A DNA stretch of 64,000 nucleotides. Source: Minisyncoccota bacterium. Lineage in GTDB: Bacteria; Patescibacteriota; Minisyncoccia; Phycocordibacterales; BOKC01. The position numbers were made by a program, and so were the translations under genes. The DNA lies in the NCBI GenBank assembly GCA_030583745.1, contig CP129473.1, positions 530 through 64,529 of the forward strand, read 5' to 3'. This document shows, piece by piece, positions 30,067-37,923 of the stretch (position 1 is its first letter; every line of letters starts with the position of its first letter). The notes beneath the pieces were generated by a model. The model saw only the letters and a list, made by a program, of their open reading frames with translations. It had not been told where the DNA came from and did no database searches.

Positions 30067-31029
30067 ATGAAAATTTATGTGACGAGAAAAATTCCCGAAG
30101 CAGGAATAAGTCTTTTAAAAGATAAGGGTTATGAAATTGATGTCAGCCCGCATGACAGAGTGTTGGAAAAATCGGAGTTGATTTCCGCTCTGAAACAAAA
30201 GCCGTATGAGGCGGTTTTGTGTCTTTTAACCGACAAAATTGACGCGGAAGTTTTTGATGCTGTTCCGACAGCCAAAATTTTTGCCAATTATGCTGTCGGA
30301 TTTAATAATATTGATATTGAAGAAGCAAAAAAGCGCGGGATTGTTATAACCAATACGCCAGATGTTTTAACCGACTCTGTTGCCGAGCACACCTTTGCTT
30401 TAGTTATGGCAATTGCTCACCGAATTGTTGAAGCCGACCAATTTGTTCGCGATGGAAAATATGTCGGCTGGGCGCCGGAGCTTCTACTCGGCGCGGATAT
30501 TAAAGGTAAGACCTTGGGAATTTTAGGCGCAGGTAGAATCGGCTCGCAAGTCGCTTTTCAGGGCAAGAATGGTTTTGGTATGAAAATTGCTTATTACGAC
30601 ATCAAGCCGAATTCTGAAATTGAAAAAGAGTTTGGAGCAACCTTTTATCCGTCAGTGGAAGGATTACTTGCTGTTGCCGACTTTGTTTCGCTTCACGTGC
30701 CACTTTTGGATTCAACTCGGCATTTGATAAATGCCGACCGCTTGCGGAAAATGAAAAAAACCGCCTATCTCATAAACACCTCGCGCGGACCGGTGGTGGA
30801 TGAAAAAGCGCTTTTTGAAGCGCTTCGCGACGGGGTAATTGCCGGCGCCGCTCTGGACGTTTTTGAAGAAGAGCCAAAAGTTTATCCGGGGCTAGAAAAA
30901 CTGCAGAATGTTATTTTAACTCCTCACATCGCTTCGGCTACTTTTGAAACTCGTTCCAAAATGTCTGAAATGGCTGCCGAAAATATCATCACCTTTTTTG
31001 AAGGTCAAGAACCGCCGAATGTGGTCTAG
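30067..31029 (+). CDS. D-isomer-specific 2-hydroxyacid dehydrogenase (glyoxylate/hydroxypyruvate reductase-like)
   Basis: GILGAGRIG NAD motif. Conserved catalytic Arg/Glu/His in a formate/glycerate dehydrogenase-like fold. Start taken at MKIYVTRK. Confidence 0.85.
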   Translation: MKIYVTRKIPEAGISLLKDKGYEIDVSPHDRVLEKSELISALKQKPYEAVLCLLTDKIDAEVFDAVPTAKIFANYAVGFNNIDIEEAKKRGIVITNTPDVLTDSVAEHTFALVMAIAHRIVEADQFVRDGKYVGWAPELLLGADIKGKTLGILGAGRIGSQVAFQGKNGFGMKIAYYDIKPNSEIEKEFGATFYPSVEGLLAVADFVSLHVPLLDSTRHLINADRLRKMKKTAYLINTSRGPVVDEKALFEALRDGVIAGAALDVFEEEPKVYPGLEKLQNVILTPHIASATFETRSKMSEMAAENIITFFEGQEPPNVV

Positions 31030-31280
31030 GCGCTAGGTTTTTAGGCTCTAGGGTCTAGCCAATAGGGTTTAGGGCGTAGTCCGCCTCCGCCAGTTGACGG
31101 AGGCGGCTTGGCTGGAAAAGCCCTTATCGGGTATTCTATGAGTTAACGGGTGTTGAACTTTGGGGTTGAATTTACCTACGCGAGTATTGACATATTTATT
31201 AAAATATGATAGGTATATTAACGGAATTCACAGGGTGTTCCTGTGGAAGTTCTTCGTTAGCTTGCTGAAAGGAGCAAAGC

Positions 31281-31946
31281 ATGAAGCCTCGTACAGTTCG
31301 GGTCCTCTGCAGGGGTATTTCGCCCATTCTCATGGACCAGATGACAGAGGAGACCCTCGACAGCCTCGCAACCAGCGTCCGGCAGAACAAACCCAAGGAC
31401 AGACCGTTTGCGGATGTCGCGGAGGAGAAAATCTACCGCGACCCTATGACAGAGCGCATCGGCATCCCCTCGGAGATGCTCTTCGCTTGTTTGGTCGCAG
31501 CGGGCCGGAAGGTCAAGAACGGCAAGAGCCAGATCTCCACAGCAACCTCCTCGACCGTTCCGGACTTTCTCGAGATCCCCGACTTTTTCTTTCCGTTTCT
31601 CGGCATCCCCGAGAACGTGGAGCCGCGATCGGAAGACGAGAGGCAGCACTGGAAGGTGGATAAGAGACGAGGGCGTCTGCCCATCAACGGAACCGCTGTC
31701 TGCCTCATCCGTCCCCGCTTCAACAACTGGGAATTCAAGGTCACAGTGATCTACGATGCCGACAAGATCGATGGTTCTACGCTGAAGGCTCTCTTTGTGA
31801 ATGCCGGCAGTGGCCAAGGTCTTGGTTCGTTCCGCCCCAACTGCAGGGGTACCTTCGGGAAGTTCGTTGTCGTTTCTTGGGAGGAGACGGCCGGCGCTGT
31901 GAAGGAGGACGAGACGGAAGAGACGGACGTTCTCGCGGCTGCATGA
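31281..31946 (+). CDS. Hypothetical 221-aa protein with a C-terminal glycine-rich loop (possibly RAMP/Cas6- or Cas7-like). Unverified.
   Basis: Strong SD (aaaggag, 6 nt before the ATG). GC-rich with good coding periodicity. Segment FVNAGSGQGLGSFRPNCRGTFGKF is reminiscent of RAMP glycine-rich loops. Terminator at 32007..32045. Overlapping antisense ORFs are treated as spurious. Confidence 0.5.
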   Translation: MKPRTVRVLCRGISPILMDQMTEETLDSLATSVRQNKPKDRPFADVAEEKIYRDPMTERIGIPSEMLFACLVAAGRKVKNGKSQISTATSSTVPDFLEIPDFFFPFLGIPENVEPRSEDERQHWKVDKRRGRLPINGTAVCLIRPRFNNWEFKVTVIYDADKIDGSTLKALFVNAGSGQGLGSFRPNCRGTFGKFVVVSWEETAGAVKEDETEETDVLAAA

Positions 31947-32006
31947 CTGTGTGAAGTCAAGTCCAGCATCCTGGACTATACTCTAGTTAAGTACGCTCGC
32001 GTGCTC

Positions 32007-32045
32007 AAACCCCGTCGCTTCACCGTGGCGGGGTTTCTTTTCTAA
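32007..32045 (+). terminator. Intrinsic terminator after the 221-aa gene
   Basis: Stem aaaccccg/cggggttt followed by tttcttttct. Confidence 0.7.
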
Positions 32046-32134
32046 ACATCCAACGGTTTATACTACAGTCAAGTAGAGTCTAGCAAGGTAGGGTTAGGTC
32101 GAGTGCAATAGAGTTCAGTAGTTCAGTATAGAGT

Positions 32135-32681
32135 GAAGTTGCTAAAAAGTAACTTTGCTAATTAGAGGAGGTTAAAATTGTAGTGACGTGTAGTTCTGTT
32201 CCGTCGTCTGCGGTGGGGTGAAGTATACGGCAGAATCTTCGAAAGGGGATTCTGTCAATTATATATCGTGTCGTCCACTACAGTGCAGTTCGGCAAAGTT
32301 AGGTACGGTGGTCAGGTGGCGATTTTCGAGAGAAAGCCGCCACCTCTTTGCTTTCGGTGCGGTGTTTTGGGGTCCAATACCATGAACTATTGTGCAACAA
32401 GAGTCTTCGAAAGGAGATTTTACTGTTTTTAACTACAGCTCCCCAGACTACTCTTAGGTAGTGTTGCCTGACGCAAGGTATAGTGCAGGGCAGAATCTTC
32501 GAAAGGAGATTCTGTCGCTTTCTTCAGTGGAGTTAAGTTACCTCCCGTCGCGTATAGTCCACTACACGTCAGAATATCTGAAAAGATATTCTGACATTTC
32601 CTTGGTCTGTAGCAACCTGCAGTAAGGTGGGCTCCAGTATAGTTTAGTTCAGGTTAGAATCACTGAAAAGTGCTTCTAACA
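32135..32681 (+). repeat. Array 1: seven non-identical hairpins about 80-97 nt apart, capped by GNRA tetraloops (6x GAAA/GAGA, one AAAA)
   Basis: Hairpins: 32135-32156, 32231-32254 (cagaatcttc GAAA ggggattctg), 32315-32344 (..GAGA..), 32399-32421, 32491-32514, 32570-32593 and 32653-32680. Stems differ but keep pairing through compensatory and G.U changes that only pair on the + strand RNA. Motifs ACUACAG and GUAUAG recur between hairpins. Confidence 0.7.
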
Positions 32682-32744
32682 CTTACGATTTAGGTGGTGT
32701 GTAGTTCACTTAAGTAGACTCCAGCAAGCTACAGTATTGTACAC

Positions 32745-32785
32745 AACCCGCTTCGTCTTAAATGGTGAAGCGGGTTTTTGTTTGA
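32745..32785 (+). terminator. Intrinsic terminator closing array 1
   Basis: Stem aacccgcttc/gaagcgggtt followed by tttgtttg. Confidence 0.75.
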
Positions 32786-32872
32786 CAAGATCCAAAAAAT
32801 ATGTATTCTTGTTACTGGAAGTTCATTGTGAACTTGCACCATCTGAAACATCTGGAATATTGGAGATCAAGA

Positions 32873-34741
32873 ATGACAACAGAAACGAGAAAAAGAGGCG
32901 CTCTGAACTTGGAACGCCTTGCGGGAAACTTCCCAAGCCGATTCTCAAGAATGAGAGTTGCGCAGGAAGAAGCACTCAAATTCGTGGCAGAAAACGGCTC
33001 AAGCATTGTCGAAGCACCAACAGGGTCGGGAAAGACTGCGATTGAGATTGCCATTCTACGCGCTGGACAAGAGGTGGGAATGGAAACTCTCTTCCTCATC
33101 GTTCCCAACAAGACGATCCTCGGACAAATCAGAGAAGAGTTTCCAGGTGATGTGAAAGTCGCATTGGGACGAAACGAGCATCCGTGTCTCTACTACGAGG
33201 AGAAGAAGACAGAGATTACAGTTGAAGGAGTCAGGCTTCTGTCAGATGATCCTGAAAGCATCAAAGCGGATGAGATTCCGTGCTCGATGCTTCTTGATTG
33301 TCCGCATCGAGTTGACCAGGAAACTGGAGAGACTCACACAAAGGGTGCCTTCCCGTGCCCTTACCTTCAGCAAAAGTACGAGGCCAAACAGGGCGGTATC
33401 GTGCTTTGCACGATGTCTTTCTATCTCTTCACACAACTTTTCAGCAGAGAGTGGGAACGGCCGAATATCTTGGTGATCGATGAAGCACATCGCATCGCCG
33501 AGGTCTTTCGAAACGCTCTGTCCTACGAAATCTCTGATCACCACATCGAGAAGGCGGTAGGAATCCTCAAGCTCATTGGAGCAGGAGAAGAATCGACAGC
33601 GCTGGAGTTGTTTCTCAAGAAGATGATTAGAATCATCAAGGGGAAATCCAGAGGGAAGCTGCCTCTCCTCGAACCAGAGGAGCTCTACACCTTGATAGAG
33701 ACGCTATCACTTATCGACACCAAGGAGTTGGGAAAGAAGGTGAGTGGCGCGGTCAAGGAAGGCAAGCTTAACGCCAAGGCAGACAGAACAACGCTTCGCA
33801 AGCTCGAGGTGCTGATTCGAGACTTGAAGCGCTACATTCGATCTTTTGAGTTCTCTATGCCGGCTTCCAACCGACATGCTCTCAACTACACCTACGCCAC
33901 CTGGCGCGAAGAAAAGCAAAAGGGTCAGAAAGTCCAGTACCAACTGGTCATCAAGGCCTACTATGTCGCCCCGCTCATCAAGAAAGTGATGGGCGATACG
34001 ACGGTCTCTTTTTCCGCCACCATTGGCGATCCGGATGTCTTTGGTTTCGAAACCGGAATCAGAGATCCGTTCGTTAGCTTGGGCGGACACTTTCCAGCCA
34101 ACAACACCAGAATCTTTATGCCCTCGGACACTCCGAATCTGGCTATGAATGCCAGGTCAAATCAGGAGCCAACCAGGGTTCTGCGTCGGATCGCCAAGGC
34201 CTGCAAGCGATTTTCCCAAAAGGGAATTCGTTCGCTGGTCGTGGTAGTTTCCAATGCAGAGCGAGACAAATTCCTAATGCTCGCGGAAGAAGAAGACGTC
34301 TATGCTATAAGCTACGGCAACGGAGTCACCGCAAGGGATGCCGCCCAACTCTTCAAGGGAGGAGAAGGTGATGTTCTCGTTGGCACTGCCTCAAACTACG
34401 CTGAAGGTGTTGATCTTCCAAAGAATCTGGCACCGGTCATCTTCGTCCTCCGACCCGGATATCCGAATCCAAAGGACCCGGGCACAATCTTTGAGGAGAA
34501 GAGATTTGGTAGTCAGCGCTGGCAGATCTGGAACTGGAGGGTGATGCTTCAGGCTCTTCAGGCTCGAGGCAGAAACCTGCGAAGCGTCAACGATATCGGC
34601 GTGACTATCTTCATCTCCCAGCAGTTTAGGCGATTTGTTTTCGCATCTCTGCCGGAGAGTCTGAAGGAGTCATATGTTCGTGACAAGACCTTCGATGAGT
34701 GTGTCAATAGTACTCTTGAACACCTGAATAGAGTCCTGTAG
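32873..34741 (+). CDS. DinG/XPD (Rad3)-family SF2 DEAH helicase with a 4-Cys (putative Fe-S) insertion
   Basis: Walker A is EAPTGSGKT and motif II is VIDEAHR. Four Cys lie between motifs I and II (HPC, IPC, DCPH, FPCPY). The C-terminal helicase motif LVGTASNYAEGVDLP is DinG-like. SD GGAG precedes the ATG at 32873. An alternative start is at 32801. Confidence 0.75.
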   Translation: MTTETRKRGALNLERLAGNFPSRFSRMRVAQEEALKFVAENGSSIVEAPTGSGKTAIEIAILRAGQEVGMETLFLIVPNKTILGQIREEFPGDVKVALGRNEHPCLYYEEKKTEITVEGVRLLSDDPESIKADEIPCSMLLDCPHRVDQETGETHTKGAFPCPYLQQKYEAKQGGIVLCTMSFYLFTQLFSREWERPNILVIDEAHRIAEVFRNALSYEISDHHIEKAVGILKLIGAGEESTALELFLKKMIRIIKGKSRGKLPLLEPEELYTLIETLSLIDTKELGKKVSGAVKEGKLNAKADRTTLRKLEVLIRDLKRYIRSFEFSMPASNRHALNYTYATWREEKQKGQKVQYQLVIKAYYVAPLIKKVMGDTTVSFSATIGDPDVFGFETGIRDPFVSLGGHFPANNTRIFMPSDTPNLAMNARSNQEPTRVLRRIAKACKRFSQKGIRSLVVVVSNAERDKFLMLAEEEDVYAISYGNGVTARDAAQLFKGGEGDVLVGTASNYAEGVDLPKNLAPVIFVLRPGYPNPKDPGTIFEEKRFGSQRWQIWNWRVMLQALQARGRNLRSVNDIGVTIFISQQFRRFVFASLPESLKESYVRDKTFDECVNSTLEHLNRVL

Positions 34742-34799
34742 CCTACAGTTTGGTGCGCCAAGTTATTCTAGCGTTTTCTAGAGTCGGGTTCACTACACA

Positions 34800-34835
34800 A
34801 GCGTTCCGAGTAAAATCGGGACGCTTTTTTGTTTG
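34800..34835 (+). terminator. Intrinsic terminator after the helicase
   Basis: Stem agcgttccg/cgggacgct with a G.U pair, followed by ttttttgtttg. Confidence 0.7.
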
Positions 34836-34946
34836 TTATTCCTTTTTTATAAAAAATATGTTATAAAAGTTTTTGGCTTGTTCTTTATAGTTACCTAAAC
34901 CATTCTTTTCTGCGGTGCACTGCCGTATCCTTTCGTGCCCTATAGA

Positions 34947-35243
34947 TCCAGATCCTCGAAAGAGGTTCTGGATAATTTCAGTTACCTCATGTTCTGTACG
35001 GTATGCTGTCGTAACCTTCTCTGAAGGTCTAAACTCCTGAAAGGGGGTTTAGACGATTTTCCAGTAAAGTTCGGCTCAATAACGTAGCACTTACTAAGAT
35101 GCAGGACAGATAAGACAGAGATGTTTTATCTTGTCATTACCAGACTGGTTAGATACAGTGAGGTTAGGTGTCGTGAAGTTGAGTTTAGTCATCTGAAGTC
35201 GTCTGGACTATACGACAGCAGAGATTGAAAAATCTTTGCTGTC
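34947..35243 (+). repeat. Array 2: four or more GNRA-capped hairpins (GAAA, GAAA, GAGA, GAAA) at about 80-110 nt spacing
   Basis: Hairpins: 34947-34972, 35027-35054, 35108-35131 and 35214-35243. The upstream (GUAUAG-like) and CUACAG motifs are the same as in array 1. Confidence 0.65.
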
Positions 35244-35319
35244 ATTGCTCCCTACCCTATACCACTCTTCACTACAGTGTATCCCGGTGTTCTCAAGTGG
35301 TTTTCAGTTAAGTACACAA

Positions 35320-35350
35320 GCTCCGCTTCGGCGGGGCTTTTCTATTGATT
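35320..35350 (+). terminator. Intrinsic terminator closing array 2 (UUCG tetraloop)
   Basis: gctccgc ttcg gcggggc followed by ttttctattgatttt. Confidence 0.7.
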
Positions 35351-35371
35351 TTCAAATAAAATTATGCGACA

Positions 35372-36037
35372 ATGGCAATTATGCTGACTTTAGAAACTAA
35401 AATTCGTAATAAAAAAGGCAATCAAACTCTTCGTAAAGAAGGGTGGATGCCGGCGGTTTTTTATGGCAAGAAAGAGCCAGCCACAGCTATTGCTGTTGAT
35501 TCTGTTGCTTTCGGCAAGGTTTTGAAAGAAGCTGGTGAGTCATCCGTCGTAATATTAGAGACCGAAAGTGGCCAGAAGCAGGCATTGATAAAAGATGTTC
35601 AATTTGACCCAGTAACTGACACACCGAGACACGCAGATTTTTATGTTTTTGAAAAAGGTCATAAGCTAGAAGTTGACGTTCCGCTTGTGTTTGAGGGCGT
35701 TTCGCCTGCTGTTAAAGAGCTTGGTGGAATTTTAGTTAAAGTTTTGCACGAACTTAAAATCAGAGCTATGCCGAAGGATTTACCGCATGAAATAAAAATT
35801 GATATTTCCACACTTAAAGATTTTGAAAGTCAGATATTAGCCAAAGACATAAAGTTGCCGGAGGGCGTTGAGCTTCTTGAAGGACCAGAGGAAGTCATAG
35901 CGCTTACAGAGGAAGCTAAAGAAGAAATTGAGGAAGAAGTTGTCGCGCCTGATTTGTCTTCGATTGAAGTTGAAAAGAAAGGCAAGAAGGAAGAGGAACC
36001 TTCTCCTGAAAGCGGTGGAACAGCAGAAGAGAAATAA
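35372..36037 (+). CDS. rplY: Ribosomal protein L25 / general stress protein Ctc, with an acidic C-terminal tail
   Basis: N-terminal L25 fold sequence (LETKIRNKKGNQTLRKEGWMPAVFYG). Confidence 0.85.
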   Translation: MAIMLTLETKIRNKKGNQTLRKEGWMPAVFYGKKEPATAIAVDSVAFGKVLKEAGESSVVILETESGQKQALIKDVQFDPVTDTPRHADFYVFEKGHKLEVDVPLVFEGVSPAVKELGGILVKVLHELKIRAMPKDLPHEIKIDISTLKDFESQILAKDIKLPEGVELLEGPEEVIALTEEAKEEIEEEVVAPDLSSIEVEKKGKKEEEPSPESGGTAEEK

Positions 36038-36082
36038 TACCCAGAGAGAGTTCTCCGACCTATTGGTCATAACCGCTGTTTA

Positions 36083-37450
36083 ATGTTTAATTTAAAATCA
36101 TTTTCTAAAAATCTATCTATTTTTTTAGTCGTGGGACTAGTTTTTTCTCAAGCAGTCTTTTCTTTACCAACCTTCGGTCAATTAAGTGAGAACTTGGAAA
36201 GGAGGGAGTCGGAACTGCGATCTGAACTGTCTGATATAGAAAAAGAGATCGCAATCTGGCAAAAGGAATTACAGCAAAAACAAAACCAATCGGCTTCTTT
36301 TGAGAGAGACATCGCGATTTTAAATGCCAAAATAAAAGAAGCCCAAGCAACAATTAGGGCTAGGAATATTGAAATAGAAAGACTTGGCCGAGAGATAAAC
36401 TTCCGGCTTCAAACGATAGACGAGCTTGACTCAAAAATTGAACGGAGCAAAGAATCCTTGTCCCAGCTTATTCGTCGAACAGACGAAGCACAATCTTTTT
36501 CATTGGTAGAAATTGTGCTAAGTAATGAAAATCTTTCAGACTTTTTGGTTAACTGGGATGATTTTGAATCAATCAATAAAGCTCTGCAGGTGTCTTTTGT
36601 TGAGATTCGAGACGCCAAACATCAATTGGAAATTGAAAAGGAACGACTTGGTGTTCAAAGAAATAAAGAGGTTGATATAAGGGCTTCCAACGAAGCAGAG
36701 AGGAGAAGAATAGAACAGAACGAAGCAGAGCAAAAACACCTTCTGGAAATTAACAGAACACAAGAGCGAACTTATGCTCAAATTGTTGCTGAAAGACAAA
36801 GAAAAGCGGCGCAGATAAGAGCGGCTTTGTTTGCTTTGCGCGATACGGCAGCGATTCCTTTCGGTGATGCCCTACGTTATGCCGAAGCAGCCCAACAAAA
36901 AACCGGAGTCCGCCCCGCCTTTTTACTTGCGGTTATTACTCAAGAGTCAAACATGGGGGCGAATATCGGAACTTGCAATCGACCACAAGACACTTTGAAG
37001 TGGAGAGAGATAATGCCGGGACCTGATGACATTGCAAAGGGATGGTCTAAAAGAAATGATCAAGCGGCCTATTTAAGAATTACTAGCGAGCTTGGCCTTG
37101 ATCCGGATTCAATGCCTTTGTCTTGCCCGTGGGGCAATGGCTGGGGAGGAGCAATGGGCCCGTCGCAATTTATTCCAACAACCTGGGAAATTTATAAATC
37201 AAAAGTAGCAACAGCTTTAGGAAAGTCAGTTGTTAGCCCCTGGGATCCACAGGATGCTTTTATGGCCTCATCAATTTATTTAGGTGAACTTGGGGCAGGT
37301 AATGGAGGATTTACCGCAGAGAGGACGGCGGCTCTAAGGTATTATGCCGGTGGTAATTGGAATAAACCACAGAATGCTTTTTATGGTGATCAGGTTATGG
37401 CTCATGCCAGAAGAATTCAAGAAGAAATGATTGACCCGCTTAGTTTCTAA
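36083..37450 (+). CDS. Secreted coiled-coil protein with a C-terminal lytic transglycosylase (SLT-like) domain
   Basis: Signal/TM, long coiled coil, then AVITQESNMG...MGPSQFIPTTW transglycosylase signature. Confidence 0.7.
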   Translation: MFNLKSFSKNLSIFLVVGLVFSQAVFSLPTFGQLSENLERRESELRSELSDIEKEIAIWQKELQQKQNQSASFERDIAILNAKIKEAQATIRARNIEIERLGREINFRLQTIDELDSKIERSKESLSQLIRRTDEAQSFSLVEIVLSNENLSDFLVNWDDFESINKALQVSFVEIRDAKHQLEIEKERLGVQRNKEVDIRASNEAERRRIEQNEAEQKHLLEINRTQERTYAQIVAERQRKAAQIRAALFALRDTAAIPFGDALRYAEAAQQKTGVRPAFLLAVITQESNMGANIGTCNRPQDTLKWREIMPGPDDIAKGWSKRNDQAAYLRITSELGLDPDSMPLSCPWGNGWGGAMGPSQFIPTTWEIYKSKVATALGKSVVSPWDPQDAFMASSIYLGELGAGNGGFTAERTAALRYYAGGNWNKPQNAFYGDQVMAHARRIQEEMIDPLSF

Positions 37451-37574
37451 ATTTTAGGATACCTCGAGCTTTTTGCCTTTAGACACGTTGGTCTTGGCCC
37501 ATAGTTGGAAAATTATACAGAGACTTGCATTTATCTATTTTTTCCACTATATTTATGCTGTTTAATAAAAAATT

Positions 37575-37856
37575 ATGAGAAAAGATATACATCCACCATA
37601 TTTCCCCAAAGCGGTTTTTGAGTGTGTGTGCGGAAAAGAAATAAAAGTCGGCTCTACGAAAGAGAAGATGAGTATTGAAATTTGCGATAATTGCCATCCG
37701 TTTTACACCGGGCAGGACAAAGTTCTTGATACTGCCGGTCGAGTAGAGAAATTTAAAGCCAAGAGGGCTTCTGCTAAAAGCGAAAAGATAAAATCTTTAG
37801 CTGAAAAGAAGGCCGACAAGAAAAAGAAAAGAGAGTCATCTAAAAAAGAATCTTAA
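37575..37856 (+). CDS. rpmE: Ribosomal protein L31 with a Lys-rich C-terminal extension
   Basis: MRKDIHPPYF...CxC...CxxCHPFYTG zinc-ribbon L31 signature. Confidence 0.88.
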   Translation: MRKDIHPPYFPKAVFECVCGKEIKVGSTKEKMSIEICDNCHPFYTGQDKVLDTAGRVEKFKAKRASAKSEKIKSLAEKKADKKKKRESSKKES

Positions 37857-37866
37857 ATTATTCTGT

Positions 37867-37905
37867 GACAGCCCCGTTCCGCCTTTCTGGCGGAACGGGG
37901 CTGTC
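37867..37905 (+). terminator. Perfect 17-bp hairpin terminator after rpmE
   Basis: gacagccccgttccgcc tttct ggcggaacggggctgtc. Confidence 0.7.
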
Positions 37906-37923
37906 TCTTGGTAAAATAAAACC

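Larger units (their letters stand above)
31030..35371. other. GC-rich genomic island: small glycine-loop protein, GNRA-hairpin array 1, DinG-like helicase, GNRA-hairpin array 2. Each module ends with an intrinsic terminator.
   Basis: Base composition is visibly richer in G+C than either flank. It lies between conserved housekeeping genes. It contains only atypical genes and repetitive structured non-coding DNA. Confidence 0.6.

Noticed and set aside
31160-31817. Alternative long ORFs in the GC island (31160..31663 +, 31257..31817 -, 31433..31744 -)
   Set aside because: These are overlapping frames typical of GC-rich DNA and lack an SD. The 31281..31946 frame has a strong SD and is followed by a terminator, so only that frame was called.
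32135-35243. Canonical CRISPR array
   Set aside because: The hairpin units are not identical direct repeats. Their spacing is 80-110 nt rather than 60-70 nt, and the linkers share motifs. They resemble CRISPR repeats only in being periodic hairpins, so they were reported as an unclassified repeat array.
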